This document shows, in pieces, positions 24,401-36,776 of a stretch of 64,000 bases of DNA; within the stretch, counting starts at the first letter, position 1, and each line of letters opens with the position of its first letter. The DNA comes from Macrostomum lignano (Eukaryota). The DNA is taken from NCBI GenBank assembly GCA_002269645.1, contig NIVC01002472.1, forward strand, positions 62,001 to 126,000, given 5' to 3'. The notes beneath the pieces were generated by a model that saw only the letters and a program-made list of their open reading frames with translations, was not told the origin of the DNA and searched no databases. The position numbers and the translations under genes were made by a program.

Positions 24401-26961
24401 CGCAGCTAGGCCCACCGGACCACTCTCCGGGTGGACAGATCCTGGTTTCAATCATCATTTCTAGAGAGAGGACGGCTCGCGCCGCTAAATCCTTCTCTCC
24501 TTTTAAGTCACCGGGACCTGACAACATTTATCCTGCCTTCCTCCATGAGGTAGTGAAAAATGACGGGTTTCTTGGTCTCCTCTGCAACCCCTTTTTAGGG
24601 CAGCATTACCCTCGGGTACGTGCCAAAAGCCTGGCAAGAGGCCACGGTGGTCTTCATACCCAAACCAGGGAAGGGAGACTATCATTCTACCAAAGCTTAC
24701 CGCCCCATCAATCTGACGTCTTTCTTCCTCAAACTGATGGAACAGCTGTTGCTCTGGCGCCTCCTCCTCGTGGAGCTGAGGAACTCCCGCTCTCCCCCAT
24801 TCAGCACGCCTTTCGTCCTGGACGCTCCATCGAAAGTGCGCTGCACGCCAGTATCGACAAGCTGGAGCGCGCCGTGCTTGGCAGTGGATACAAGCTGTCG
24901 CTTTTCCTCGACATTGATGGTGCTTTCAATAATGTGCTCTTTGAAGCCTTTAGGCGGGCCCTGGAATCCCGGGGCACGCACGAGCACCTTACCCGCTGGA
25001 ACATGTACATGGTCTCCCATCGTACTGCCACCTCGCACCTCCTGGGACACTCCTGCTCAGAGGTCCAGAAAGGCGGACCGCAAGGTGGAGTCCTCAGCCC
25101 GATTCTCTGGAATTTAGTCATGGACGCGCTGCTTTGTAGCCCGCATCCGGATCCAGTTCAGAAGGTCGGCTATGCGAACGATGTTACCGCCACTGTGGCT
25201 GGACTATCACTCGTGGTCCTCAGGGACCTCCTTAAAGCCTTCATCCACTGTGCCGAACGCTGGGCACACGGCTGTGGCCTCAGATTCTGCTCACTTTCTG
25301 CTTGAGGCTGCTCACCTCACTTGAGGCAGTTCACGAGCCGCCGAAACTGGAGGATCTAACCGCTCTCCCTCTATGGCAAACCCGTTGCCATGGAGAAACA
25401 AACCAGATGTCTGGGCGTCACCCTCGACCACAGGTTGAGTCGGACCCCGCACGTCCAAACCAAAGCCCGCAAAGCTCTCGCGACTCTCGCACAGATCCGC
25501 AGAGCTTTCGGCGCTACCTGGGGCCTCATCCCCGTCGCCTCTGGTGGATCTAGACTGACATTGTTAGACCGGCCATCTCCTTCGCCGGCTTCATTTAGAA
25601 CAGTGCCCTAGAGGTGAAAGGGGTTCTTGAGGCTCTAAATAGGGTGCAAGGCCGCGCTTGTCGAGCTATCATGAGCGCGGCTCCCTCAACGCCCTTCGCT
25701 GGCATGAACTCCTTCCTGGACATTCCCCCCTTGACCTCTTCAAGGGGAGGCAATGAAGACCACCCGCGTCAGGGTGTCCTAATCCAGAAGCAGTTCGCCT
25801 TCAGAAAGCGGAACCTCCGGCCGCACGACGACCTCAGCGACCTTAGCCTGCGAGACCTGGAAGCAGCGGGAGACCTGCTGACCCTCTTGAACGGGATCCC
25901 GTCCACGCCCTGCCCTCCGCTCAAATTCAAAACCAGCATTCCACCACGCCATGAAGCAAGGGACAACTGGAAATCCCGTGAAATCCACTGCTTCACTGAC
26001 GGGTCCCAAATCAACTCCGCCTCTGGTTACGGCTACTGCATCGTATCTGGAGGGAGAGCTGTGGCGACCTTCTCCCTGCACACCGGCACCTTCCCCATGG
26101 AGCTCGCCAGTTCTCGGCTCGCAAGTTCTCGCCATCAGCTCCTGCGCCATGGAGCTGTATAATCAGCGGGTCTGGGAGAAGGAGATTACCCTCCACTCGG
26201 ACAGTCAAGCGGCGATTCACGCCCTTGAGCGCACCACCACCTGCTCGCGTACAGTCCTTGACTGCATCGGGCAGCTCAACCGCTTAGGCGCCTTCAGCAA
26301 GGTGTCCCTAAGGTAGAGATCCCTCGGTGGTCACTAAGGTGGGCACTCGGGCCACCCTGGCCAAGGCTGGCTCGACCGGTTCTTTTACTGGTACACTGCC
26401 CGTGGCCCCGACCCCCACCGCCGTTGTCACCACTCGGGTCAACCAGTGGGTTGGCTTCAAAGCACAGGGAGAGGTGGGAAAATCCCCTGACTTCCGGCAA
26501 TCCCGCGCGGCTGTCCCTTGTCTTCCTCCGCCCTGCGCAGCAGGGACATCAAGGCGGTGACAATGGCCCTCTCGGGTCATGGCTGTTTTGCCAGGCATCG
26601 CCACCTTCAGGGAAGAATCCGCAGCGAGAAATTCCCTTTCTGCCTCTCCGGTGTCGAGAATGCGGAGCATCATCTGTGAATGCCCTGTCTTTACTCAGGT
26701 CAGGCTCACCTACCTCGGCCCAAACCGAGGTCCGAGAATCTCTGCCAGCTCGTCCGCTACCTAAGGGCTACCGGGCGATCGACCATCCACCTCCTGGACT
26801 CTCCGGAGGGGGAGCGCGCTGCGGACACCGGCACCACCGGAACTCCCAGCGCGACACCGCAGCACTAGCTGCCCGTGGTCGCCAGGGGTTAGCAAAATGG
26901 GCGGCAACGCCTCCTCGCTGTTTCCTGACGCACGTAGCCCCCTGCAGCTAAGTAAAGTAAG
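21485..26961 (+). mobile_element. Degenerate non-LTR retrotransposon (LOA/R1-like: ORF1 remnant, APE endonuclease, RT, RNase H, C-terminal Cys/His region)
   Basis: APE motifs LLQEPW and AGDINAHH..WGS; RT motifs KSPGPDNI, YRPINLTS, DIDGAFNN, PQGGVLSPILWNLVM and YANDV; RNase H motifs FTDGS and SDSQAAI. Many frameshifts and stops; TAAG-type tail at about 26950-26961. Confidence 0.9.
22872..23751 (-). mobile_element. 5'-truncated RTE-like LINE nested in the endonuclease of the LOA-like element
   Basis: RT C-terminus GYADDLALL...GLKLNARKT...FVYLGG, (GTT)n tail, and 8-bp TSD TGCACCAC (22864-71 / 23752-59). The host frame LLAYICTT|NTEFCNIG rejoins across the insertion. Confidence 0.9.
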
Positions 26962-27282
26962 GCAGTCAGAGCCACTAGACTGACGCCTGTCTCATCCACA
27001 GCATTAATTATGGAATAATGAGGGCAAGAACAGCCAGGTAAAAATGGCAATTGCTCTTTTTGCCATGCATCGACGCACTGATTAAAAGCCAACTTTCAGT
27101 AGGCTGCCAATCAAAGGTGGCTGGCGCAACACCCAGTTAATTACTGCAAAGATGATCCAGATGAGTATAAATACAAGCCATCAGTTTCTTTGTCTCAAGT
27201 TCAGCAAAGCAGATAACCTGTTCAGCGAAAGCAAGTCAACTTCCTTACCCAGAGCTTTTTATTAAAGAATAAATGATCAAAA

Positions 27283-28800
27283 ATGGACATTGCAGGAATG
27301 GCGCCAAGCTTCAACTACACAATGCAGAGTCTGTTGCATATTTTGCCAGGTAAATTTTTAGACAATAAACTCTTTACAGGTCACCTATACAACTATCACC
27401 TTATACGCTCGTAGTTCAACTGTACCCCTTTCTCAACAAAAACTGCAGAGCTGACTTATCCCGGACTCGCACTGCTGTCTATTGGATCCACAATTGGAAC
27501 TCTGGGCAACATATTGGTCATCAGCGCCATCTTTCTGCTAAAGGTATTACAAACTTCTATGTGTAATGCACGCTCGTGATTCAATGGCAGTTTTATTATT
27601 GCTCAGAAAGATAAAACAGCCTGCTAAAAAACTTAGAAATATTTCAATACAAGTAAATCTTGACGCAGCAGCAATATGAACAAGCGTGGAACTGTTTAAT
27701 TTAATCTGACAAATCAAATAATTAGCGCTGCACTTGCAGACACTGCGGCATGTGGGCAACCTGTTCGTTGTGAATCTGGCTATCGCTGATCTGTGCATCA
27801 CCACTATTGTCGACCCCATGGCAATTACTGGTGAGAGTGGAGTTACTATCGTTAACAAAGCAACTTTTATGTTACATGTACGTCAGAATACATGCTCCCT
27901 ACTTGTATTAAAGGGTTGCTGCACGGCGAGATCTACTTCGAGCAGCGACCCGCCCTGTGCGAGTTCGTGGCGTCGACCTGCCTCACCTCCTGCTACTGCT
28001 CGCTGCTCAGCATCGCCGCTGTGGCCGTCAACCGCTGCGTCTTCATCTGCAACAACGCCAGCTACAACAGATTCTTCAACCGGCGCAGCTGCGTAGCGCT
28101 CTGCGTCGGCCTGTGGATTGTGAGCTGGCTGCTGCAGTTTCCCAACTTTGTGGGCTGGGGCGACTTCGCCTACGACAGGAAGAACTTTGCCTGCGTGTGG
28201 AACCGCATGGCTGACAGGTCCTACACGATCTTCTTCTCCTGCTGCGCTGTAGTTGCGCCCAGCATTGTGATCCTCATCTGCTACTTTCGCATCTTCGTGC
28301 ACGTCAGGCAGGTAATGGCGCAGGTACGGCGACTTCAGATCGGAGACTCGGCGCAAGGGGCTGGCCGAGGAAGCGGTGGCAGCAACAGCCTTGACTCGAT
28401 CCGCCTTGCTAGAACTCTTTTTCTCGTGTTCGCCGTGTTCGCTCTCTGCTGGGCTCCGTACGCGACCATCGTGGCTCTGGACTGGAACGACAGCTTTCCG
28501 ATCCACGTGCACGCCTACGCTGTGCTTTTCGCGCACACCAACTCGAGCGTCAACTTTATCGTCTACGGGCTCACTAATAAGGAGTTTCGCACCGGATATC
28601 GATTCGTTTTAGTCAAAGTGCTGCGCCTGCTTTTCGGCGGTCGGTGCAATCCGCAGGCCAGCGTTGGAGCCGCTAACAGCATTCTTGTAATGGAGATGGA
28701 ACCCACTGCAGCCACTAAGCTAAAAAAAACCGCATTCGACACTGTGACGGCGTCCACATCTAACAGAGAATCGGAGCGTCCGCGTGTCAAGGGGAATTAA
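27283..28800 (+). CDS. Melatonin-receptor-like class A GPCR, paralogue 2 (379 aa, intact)
   Basis: Exons 27283-27349, 27449-27543, 27740-27830 and 27914-28800. The first three exon sizes (67/95/91 nt) and phases match paralogues 1 and 3; 7-TM motifs as above. Confidence 0.92.
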
Positions 28801-30151
28801 CGATGGTTATGTTCAGTGTAGCGTGACTTTGAGCAACAGAATATTGATTTTCTATAACTACGAGTGATATTTGAGGCTTAAAAATTTTTTTTTTGCACGT
28901 GTGAACGATGAGTCACGTGAAACATGTCCCAGAAAGAAAATACATATTTATTTAGAATGTTAGTTCAAAAAAAGACAGAACAGCAAGAGATGTAAGCGTA
29001 CACTTTGCACGTTGTAGAGTCACTTAGTAAACCAACCTATCTGAAGGTTGCGGATGTACATGCACATGCAAGCAGCTGTTTATCATTATCTTTAAGGTTT
29101 TACACCCAAATCGAAGGAAAATTTTTGGATTTTAACATCGCTTAATGTTATAAAAATATCCCTTTTGGCTTTGTGCTTTACAGGGTGTTTTAAAAGGCTT
29201 TAATTCACGAAGCAATTCACAAGTTAATTCTCATTCTGCACAATGCGCAACAAATAATAAACAGTAGGCACCGAGTATATACTTTTATATTTACTAACCC
29301 TAACAGATATTCGTATTCAATGGTCTATTTTTTTCTCTGGCAAACCCAATTTTCGTAGATTAAAATTTTTTTCGTAGACTAAAATTTTATATAGAACGGC
29401 ATATTTGACCGCGTGATACCAGCAAAATCTGTTTTGCACCATTTAATCTTTCATTCGAACCTCACCGAAACAGTTTAGTTGTACTAGTAGCTTAGTCCAA
29501 AAGTAGATAGCCATGCTATGACATATTGTATTGATATTCTAGAAGATAAGTAGCTAATTTATAATATTTTTTGTTATAAGTACGTTTCCGTACGCCCGTA
29601 TAAAGCGATGCTTACTACCTTTACCTTATCCAACGAGTATTTTGAAGCGAATCAAGACGGCATTGAACCAAATGAAATCGTTCTATCTAGAACGAATCCT
29701 AAGAAACTATCAAAGTGCGAGCTGCGATATCAAATATGCTGAGTGGCCATAGAGACAAAACAGCGAAAGGAATTCTTAGCCATGAAAGAAGAAATGTAAT
29801 TGGAATTCGATCAATTTGTATAGCCATAACCCCAATGTATGCCAATTGACAGCTTTTTCGTTTTTTTATAAAAGCAAAATTAAGAACGTGAGCGCTATCA
29901 TTTTTTAATATGCGAAATGTTTCGCCTCGCGTCAGGCATCGTCAGGCTCTTAAAATTTTAGTTACGATGTATTTGTTTATTTATACTCAGCAACATTAAA
30001 AAGTCGCCACCCTTGGGCCGAGCAATTTCTCACTTGCAAGTTGCGCAACTCACTCTCTCACTGCGGGGCATACATTACGTCATCACCACACTGGCAAAAG
30101 AGTGTAGCACAAAAATAATGGAGACACAATTTATTAAGTTTTAGTTAAGTT

Positions 30152-33100
30152 ACTAGCAATCTTTGCCCCCGATGGGGGACATCTGGATAGAATCCTTGTT
30201 CTTTACAAATAACAAATAGGGCTCTTTTATGTTCGACATGGTGGCTCTTTTATGTTCGACATGGTGGCTCTTTTATGTTCGACATGGTGGCTCTTTTATG
30301 TTCGACATGGTGGCTCTTTTATGTTCGACATGGTGGCTCTTTTATGTTCGACATGGTGGCTCTTTTATGTTTGGCATGGTGGCTCTTTTATGTTTGGCAT
30401 GGTGGCTCTCTAATGTTCGACATGGTTGCTCTTTAATTTTTGACATGATGCCTCCTTTATGTTTGACATTGTGGCTCTTGAATGTTTTACATGGTAGCTC
30501 TTTTATGTTTGACTTGGTGGCTCTTTAATGTTCGATATGGTGGCTCTTTAATGTTCGACATGGTGGTTCTTTAATGTTCGACATGGTGGCTCTTTTATGT
30601 TTGGCATGGTGGCTCTTTTATGTTCGACGTGGTAGGTCTTTAATGTTTGGCATGGTGGCTCTTGAATGTTTGGCATGGTGGCTCTTTAATTTTCGACATG
30701 GTGGCTCTTTAACGTTTGACATGGTGGCTCTTGAATGTTTGACATGGTGGCTCTTTAATGTTTGACGTGGAGTCACCTATATGTTTTACATGGTGGCTCT
30801 TTAATGTTTGACATGGTGGCTTTTTAACGTTTGACATGGTGGCTCTTGAATGTTTGACATGGTGGCTCTTTAATGTTTGACATGGAGTCACCTATATGTT
30901 TTACATGGTGGCTCTTCTATGTTTGACATGGTAGCTCTTTAATGTTCGACATGGAGGCTCTTTAACGTTTGACATGGTGGCTCTATTATATCTGACATGG
31001 TGGCTCTTTTATGTTTGACATGGTAGCTCTTTAATGTTCGACATGGAGGCTCTTTAACGTTTGACATGGTGGCTCTATTATATCTGACATGGTGGCTCTT
31101 TTATGTTTAGCATGGTGGCTCTTTTATGTTCGACATGGTGGCTCTTTTATGTTTGGCATGGTGGCTCTCTAATGTTCGACATGGTGGCTCTTTAATTTTT
31201 GACATGATGCCTCCTTTATGTTTGACATTGTGGCTCTTGAATGTTTTACATGGTAGCTCTTTTATGTTTGACTTGGTGGCTCTTTAATGTTCGATATGGT
31301 GGCTCTTTAATGTTCGACATGGTGGTTCTTTAATGTTCGACATGGTGGCTCTTTTATGTTTGGCATGGTGGCTCTTTTATGTTCGACGTGGTAGGTCTTT
31401 ATGTTTGGCATGGTGGCTCTTGAATGTTTGGCATGGTGGCTCTTTAATGTTTGACGTGGAGTCACCTATATTTTTACATGGTGGCTCTTTAATGTTTGAC
31501 ATGGTGGCTTTTTAACGTTTGACATGGTGGCTCTTGAATGTTTGACATGGTGGCTCTTTAATGTTTGACATGGAGTCACCTATATGTTTTACATGGTGGC
31601 TCTTCTATGTTTGACATGGTGGCTCTTTAATGTTCGACATGGTGGCTCTTTAATGTTCGACATGGTGGCTCTTTTATGTTTGACATGATGGCTCTTTTAT
31701 GTTTGACATGGTGGCTCTTTAATGTTCGACATGGTGGCTCTTTTATGTTTGGCATGGTGGCTCTTTTATGTTTGACATGGTAGCTTTTTTATGTTTGATA
31801 TGGTGGCTCTTATATGTTCGACATGGTGGCTCTTTTATGATCGACATGCTGGCTCTTTTATGTTTGGCATGATGGCCCTTTTTTATGTTTGACATGGTAG
31901 CTCTTTAATGTTTGACATGGAGGCTCTTTAACGTTTGACATGGTGGCTCTTTTATGTTTGGCATGGTAGCTCTTTAATGTTCGACATGGTGGCTCTTTTA
32001 TGTTTGGCATGGTGGCTCTCTAATGTTCGACATGGTGGCTCTTTAATTTTTGACATGATGCCTCTTTTATGTTTGACATTGTGGCTCTTGAATGTTTTAC
32101 ATGGTAGCTCTTTTATGTTTGACTTGGTGGCTCTTTAATGTTCGATATGGTGGCTCTTTAATGTTCGACATGGTGGTTCTTTAATGTTCGACATGGTGGC
32201 TCTTTTATGTTTGGCATGGTGGCTCTTTTATGTTCGACGTGGTAGGTCTTTATGTTTGGCATGGTGGCTCTTGAATGTTTGGCATGGTGGCTCTTTAATG
32301 TTTGACGTGGAGTCACCTATATGTTTTACATCGTGGCTCTTTAATGTTTGACATGGTGGCTTTTTAACGTTTGACATGGTGGCTCTTGAATGTTTGACAT
32401 GGTGGCTCTTTAATGTTTGACATGGAGTCACCTATATGTTTTACATGGTGGCTCTTCTATGTTTGACATGGTGGCTCTTTAATGTTCGACATGGTGGCTC
32501 TTTAATGTTCGACATGGTGGCTCTTTTATGTTTGACATGATGGCTCTTTTATGTTTGACATGGTGGCTCTTTAATGTTCGACATGGTGGCTCTTTTATGT
32601 TTGGCATGGTGGCTCTTTTATGTTTGACATGGTAGCTTTTTTATGTTTGATATGGTGGCTCTTATATGTTCGACATGGTGGCTCTTTTATGATCGACATG
32701 GTGGCTCTTTTATGTTTGGCATGATGGCCCTTTTTTATGTTTGACATGGTAGGTCTTTAATGTTTGACATGGTAGCTCTTTAATGTTTGACATGGAGGCT
32801 CTTTAACGTTTGACATGGTGGCTCTTTTATGTTTGGCATGGTAGCTCTTTAATGTTCGACATGGTGGCTCTTTTATGTTTGGCATGGTGGCTCTTTAATG
32901 TTCGACATGGTGGCTCTTTAATGTTTGACATGGTAGCACTTTAATGTTCGACATGGAGGCTCTTTAACGTTTGACATGGTGGCTCTATTATATCTGACAT
33001 GGTGGCTCTTTTATGTTTGACATTGCGCTCCTTTTATATTTAGCATTATGTGCTTTTAAGGTGTTTTAATAAAAAAATCATTTTGCGCTACTAAGATTCG

Positions 33101-33617
33101 AACCCAGGTCACTACAATAGCAGTCCAGTCTGTTCGCATCTAGGCTATCTCGTTTCAATCGGAGAACATGAACTCTCGCCCTTATAATTCAATACTTTCA
33201 GCAAGTCAGTTAGAGTAAAAAGTTATGACACAATCAATTTCTCAGTCAGCCAGTATCAGTCTCAATTTAAGTTAGCAATATGGTTACGCAATTTCAATCA
33301 TGTCGTGTGTGCATTTCTTCGGCACTGTTTTCAACTTGTTGTGATGCAATCTTTATCAGAATTGAAATTCAGTCAGTTAGTTTTTTCTCTAGCATTCTTA
33401 CAATGCATTTCAAGTCAAAAATTTGGCTTGACCTTTGCAAAAAAGCATGTTTTTCGAATATTTAATCCCATTTACATTCAGCGATTTCTTAGCCAAGATG
33501 CATGTACCGTCCCAGGAAAATTTCTGATCGAATGGTGCAAGTTTGAAGAAAATCGGCTTAGCCGTTTTTTCTGAAATCTATCTCACAGAGACACACATTT
33601 CATTTTTAGTATATAGG
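30152..33617 (+). mobile_element. Non-autonomous Helentron/HINE (DINE-1-like) element, copy 1, carrying a 23-bp satellite
   Basis: 5' end ACTAGC..GCCCCC..GGGGGACATCTGGATAGAATC, central tandem array, and a 3' module of about 390 bp ending TGCAAGTTTGAAGAAAATCGG...CATTTTTAGTATATAGG. Both ends are repeated in copy 2. The class call comes from end architecture, not from a search. Confidence 0.7.
30221..33040. repeat. 23-bp satellite array (ATGTTTGACATGGTGGCTCTTTA/T), about 120 units
   Basis: Direct tandem repetition. Confidence 0.97.
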
Positions 33618-36457
33618 ACTAGCAAACTTCGCCCCCCGTTGGGGGACATCTGGATAGAATCTCTGTTCTCTACAAGTAACAAAAAGACAGCCAAATAAAG
33701 CCTTCACAAAGACGACAGACAAACTGCTCTAATAAAGTGTAATGCAAAAAGAAATCATCCCAAGACAGCAAGCATCCTCCAGATTGCAAGCATCCCCCAG
33801 ATAGCAAGCATCCCGAAAAAGTAAGCATCCACCATAAAATAAGTAGCTAGTGCTACAATTTCCTTAGCTCTATAGTGGCTCCTTTAAAATTGGCATGACG
33901 CTTAATTTTACGTTTGAAATTGTGTAAATTTTATGTTTGACTTGGTGGCTCTTTAATGTTTGACATGGTGGCTCTTTTATGTTCTACATGGTAGCTCTCT
34001 TATGTTTGATTCGGGGTTTTCTTAATGTCTGACATGGTGTCTCTTTATTGTTTGACATAGTGGCTCTTTTATGTTTGACATGGTGGCTCTTTTATGTTTG
34101 ACATGGTGGCTCTTTAATGTTCGACATGGTGGCTCTTTAATGTTTGACATTATGGCTCTTTAATGTTTGACATGGTGTCTCTTTAATGTTTGACATGTTG
34201 TCTCTTTAATGTTTGACATGGAGTCATGTATATGTTTGCCATGGTGGCTCTTTAATGTTAGACATAATGTCTCTTCAATGTTTGACATGGAGTCATGTAT
34301 ATGTTTGACATGGTGGCTCTTTAATGTTTGACATGGTGGCTCTTTAATGTTTGACATGGTGGCTCTTTAATGTTTGACATAGTGGCTCTTTAATTTTCGA
34401 AATGGTGGTTGTTTTATGTTCTACATGGTGGCTCTTTAATGTTCGACATGGTGGCTCTTTAATGTTCTTAACGGTGTCTGTTTAATGTTTGACATGGTGG
34501 CTCTCTAATGTTCGACATGGTGGCTCTTTAATGTTTGACATGGTGGCTCTTTAATTTTCGAAATGTTGGCTGTTTTATGTTTGACATGGTGGCTCTTTAA
34601 TGTTAGACATGGTGGCTCTTTAATGTTTGACATGGTGGCTCTTTAATGTTCGACATGGTGGCTCTTTAATGTTAGACATGGTGTCTCTTTAATGTTTGAC
34701 ATGGAGTCATGTATATGTTTGACATGGTGGCTCTTGTATTTTTAACATGTTAGCTCTTTAATGTTCGACATGGTGGCTCTTTAATGTCCAACATGGAGTC
34801 ACGAATATGTTTGACATGGAGTAATGTATATGTCTGATATGGTAGCTCTTTAATGTTTTACATGGAGTCACGCATATGTTTCACATGGTGGCTATTTTAT
34901 GTTTGACATGGTGGTTCTTAAATGTTCGACATGGTGGCTCTTTAATGTTTTACATGGTGGCACTTTCATGTTTGACCTGGTGGCTCTTTAATGTTTGACA
35001 TGGTGGCTCTTTAATATTTGACATGGTGGCACTTTCCTGTTTGACCTGGTGGCTCTTTAATGTTTGACATGGTGGCTCTTTAATGTTTTACATGGTGGCA
35101 CTTTCATGTTTGTAATGGTGACTATTTTATGTTCTACATGGTGGCTCTTTTATGTTCGACATGGTGGCTCTTTAATGTTTGATAAGGTGGCTATTTAATG
35201 TTCGACATGGTGGCTCTTTAATTTTTGACAAGGTGGCTCTTGAATGTTTGAAATAGTGGCTCTTTAATTTTCGAAATGGTGGCTGTTTTATGTTTGACAT
35301 GGTGGCTCTTTAATGTTCGACATGGTGGCTCTTTAATGTTTTTAATGGTGTCTGTTTTATGTTTGACATGGTGGCTCTTTAATGTTTGACATGGTGGCTC
35401 TTTAATGTTTGACATAGTGGCTCTTTAATTTTCGAAATGGTAGCTGTTTTATGTTCTACATGGTGGCTCTTTAATGTTCGACATGGTGGCTCTTTAATGT
35501 TCTTAATGGTGTCTGTTTTATGTTTGACATGGTGGCTCTCTAATGTTCGACATGGTGGCTCTTTAATGTTTGACATGGTGGCCCTTTAATGTTTGACATG
35601 GTGGCTCTTTTATGTTAGACATGGTGGCTCTTTAATGTTCGACATGGTGGCTCTTCAATGTTTGACATGGAGTCATGTATATGTTTGACCTGGTGACTCT
35701 TCAATATTTGACATGGTGGCTCTTTAATGTTTGACATGGGGTCTCTTCAATGTTTGACATGGTGGCTCTTTTATCTTTGACATGGTGGCTCTTTAATGTT
35801 CGACATGGTGGCTCTTTAATTTTTGACATGGTGGCTCTTTAATTTTCGAAATGGTGGCTCTGTTTTATGTCTGACATGGTTGCTCTTTAATGTTCGACAT
35901 AGTGGCTGTTTTATGTTTGACATGGTGGCTCTTTAATGTTCGAAATAGTGGCTGTTTTATGTTTGACACGGTGGCTCTTTAATGTTCGACATGGTGGCTC
36001 TTTAATGTTTTACATGGTGGCACTTTCATGTTCGACATGGTGGCTCTAATGGACATATAGTGGACATAATCAATTTCTCAGTCAGCCAGTATCAGTCTTA
36101 ATTGAAGTTAGCAATATGGTTACACAATTTTAATCAAGTCGGGTGTGCATTTCTTCGACACTGTTTTCAAATTGTTGTGATGCAATCTTTATCACAATCG
36201 GAATTCAGCCAGTCAGTTTTTTCTCTAGCATTCTTACAATGCATTCCAGGTCGAAAGAGCTGCTTGACCTTTGCAAAAAAGCATGTTTTTCGAATATTTA
36301 ATCCCTTTAAAATTGAGCAATTTCTTAGCCAGGATGCATGTACCGTCCCAGGAAAATTTCTGATCGAATGGTGCAAGTTTGAAGAAAATCGGTTGAGCCA
36401 TTTTTTCTGAAATCTATCGCATAGCTAGTTACAGACGTTTCATTTTTAGTATATAGG
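33618..36457 (+). mobile_element. Helentron/HINE-like element, copy 2, joined head-to-tail to copy 1
   Basis: Junction ...TAGTATATAGG|ACTAGC with no spacer, and the same 5' and 3' modules (3' module 36067-36457 vs 33231-33617). Confidence 0.7.
33930..36048. repeat. Second array of the 23-bp satellite
   Basis: Same consensus as the first array, with a different set of variant units. Confidence 0.97.
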
Positions 36458-36464
36458 ACGAATA

Positions 36465-36717
36465 TACTCAGCAACAGCTAAACCCCCCCCCCCAACTCAC
36501 GCTGTCACACGGCCCAAAAGTTTTGTATGCCATCGGTGACTCAGAAATGTGTGAAGGCTGCCGCCACCAGACGCGAGCGCAAAGTGCGGCATGGGGGATT
36601 TGGGGAGGGGGTGGCGCAACTCAACCCACTGGTGGGAATTAAAGACATTGCTTAACTTTTGTGCCCGTGTGACAGTGTGAGTTTTTTTGGGGGGGGGGGT
36701 TTAGCTGTTGCTGAGTA
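36465..36717. mobile_element. 253-bp Tc1-type MITE
   Basis: Long TIRs TACTCAGCAACAGCTAAACCCCCCCC..CTCAC.CTGTCACACGG, TA TSD (36463-64 / 36718-19), and terminal 13 bp identical to the Tc1 at 8310. Confidence 0.9.
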
Positions 36718-36776
36718 TACGCTCGTATAAGCCCTGGCAGCAAAGTTCGATTTAAATGTTCAATTCAGAAAAGGTC

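Noticed and set aside
30221-36048. CRISPR-like appearance of the regular repeats
   Set aside because: The units are contiguous with no unique spacers, there are no cas genes, and the context is eukaryotic.
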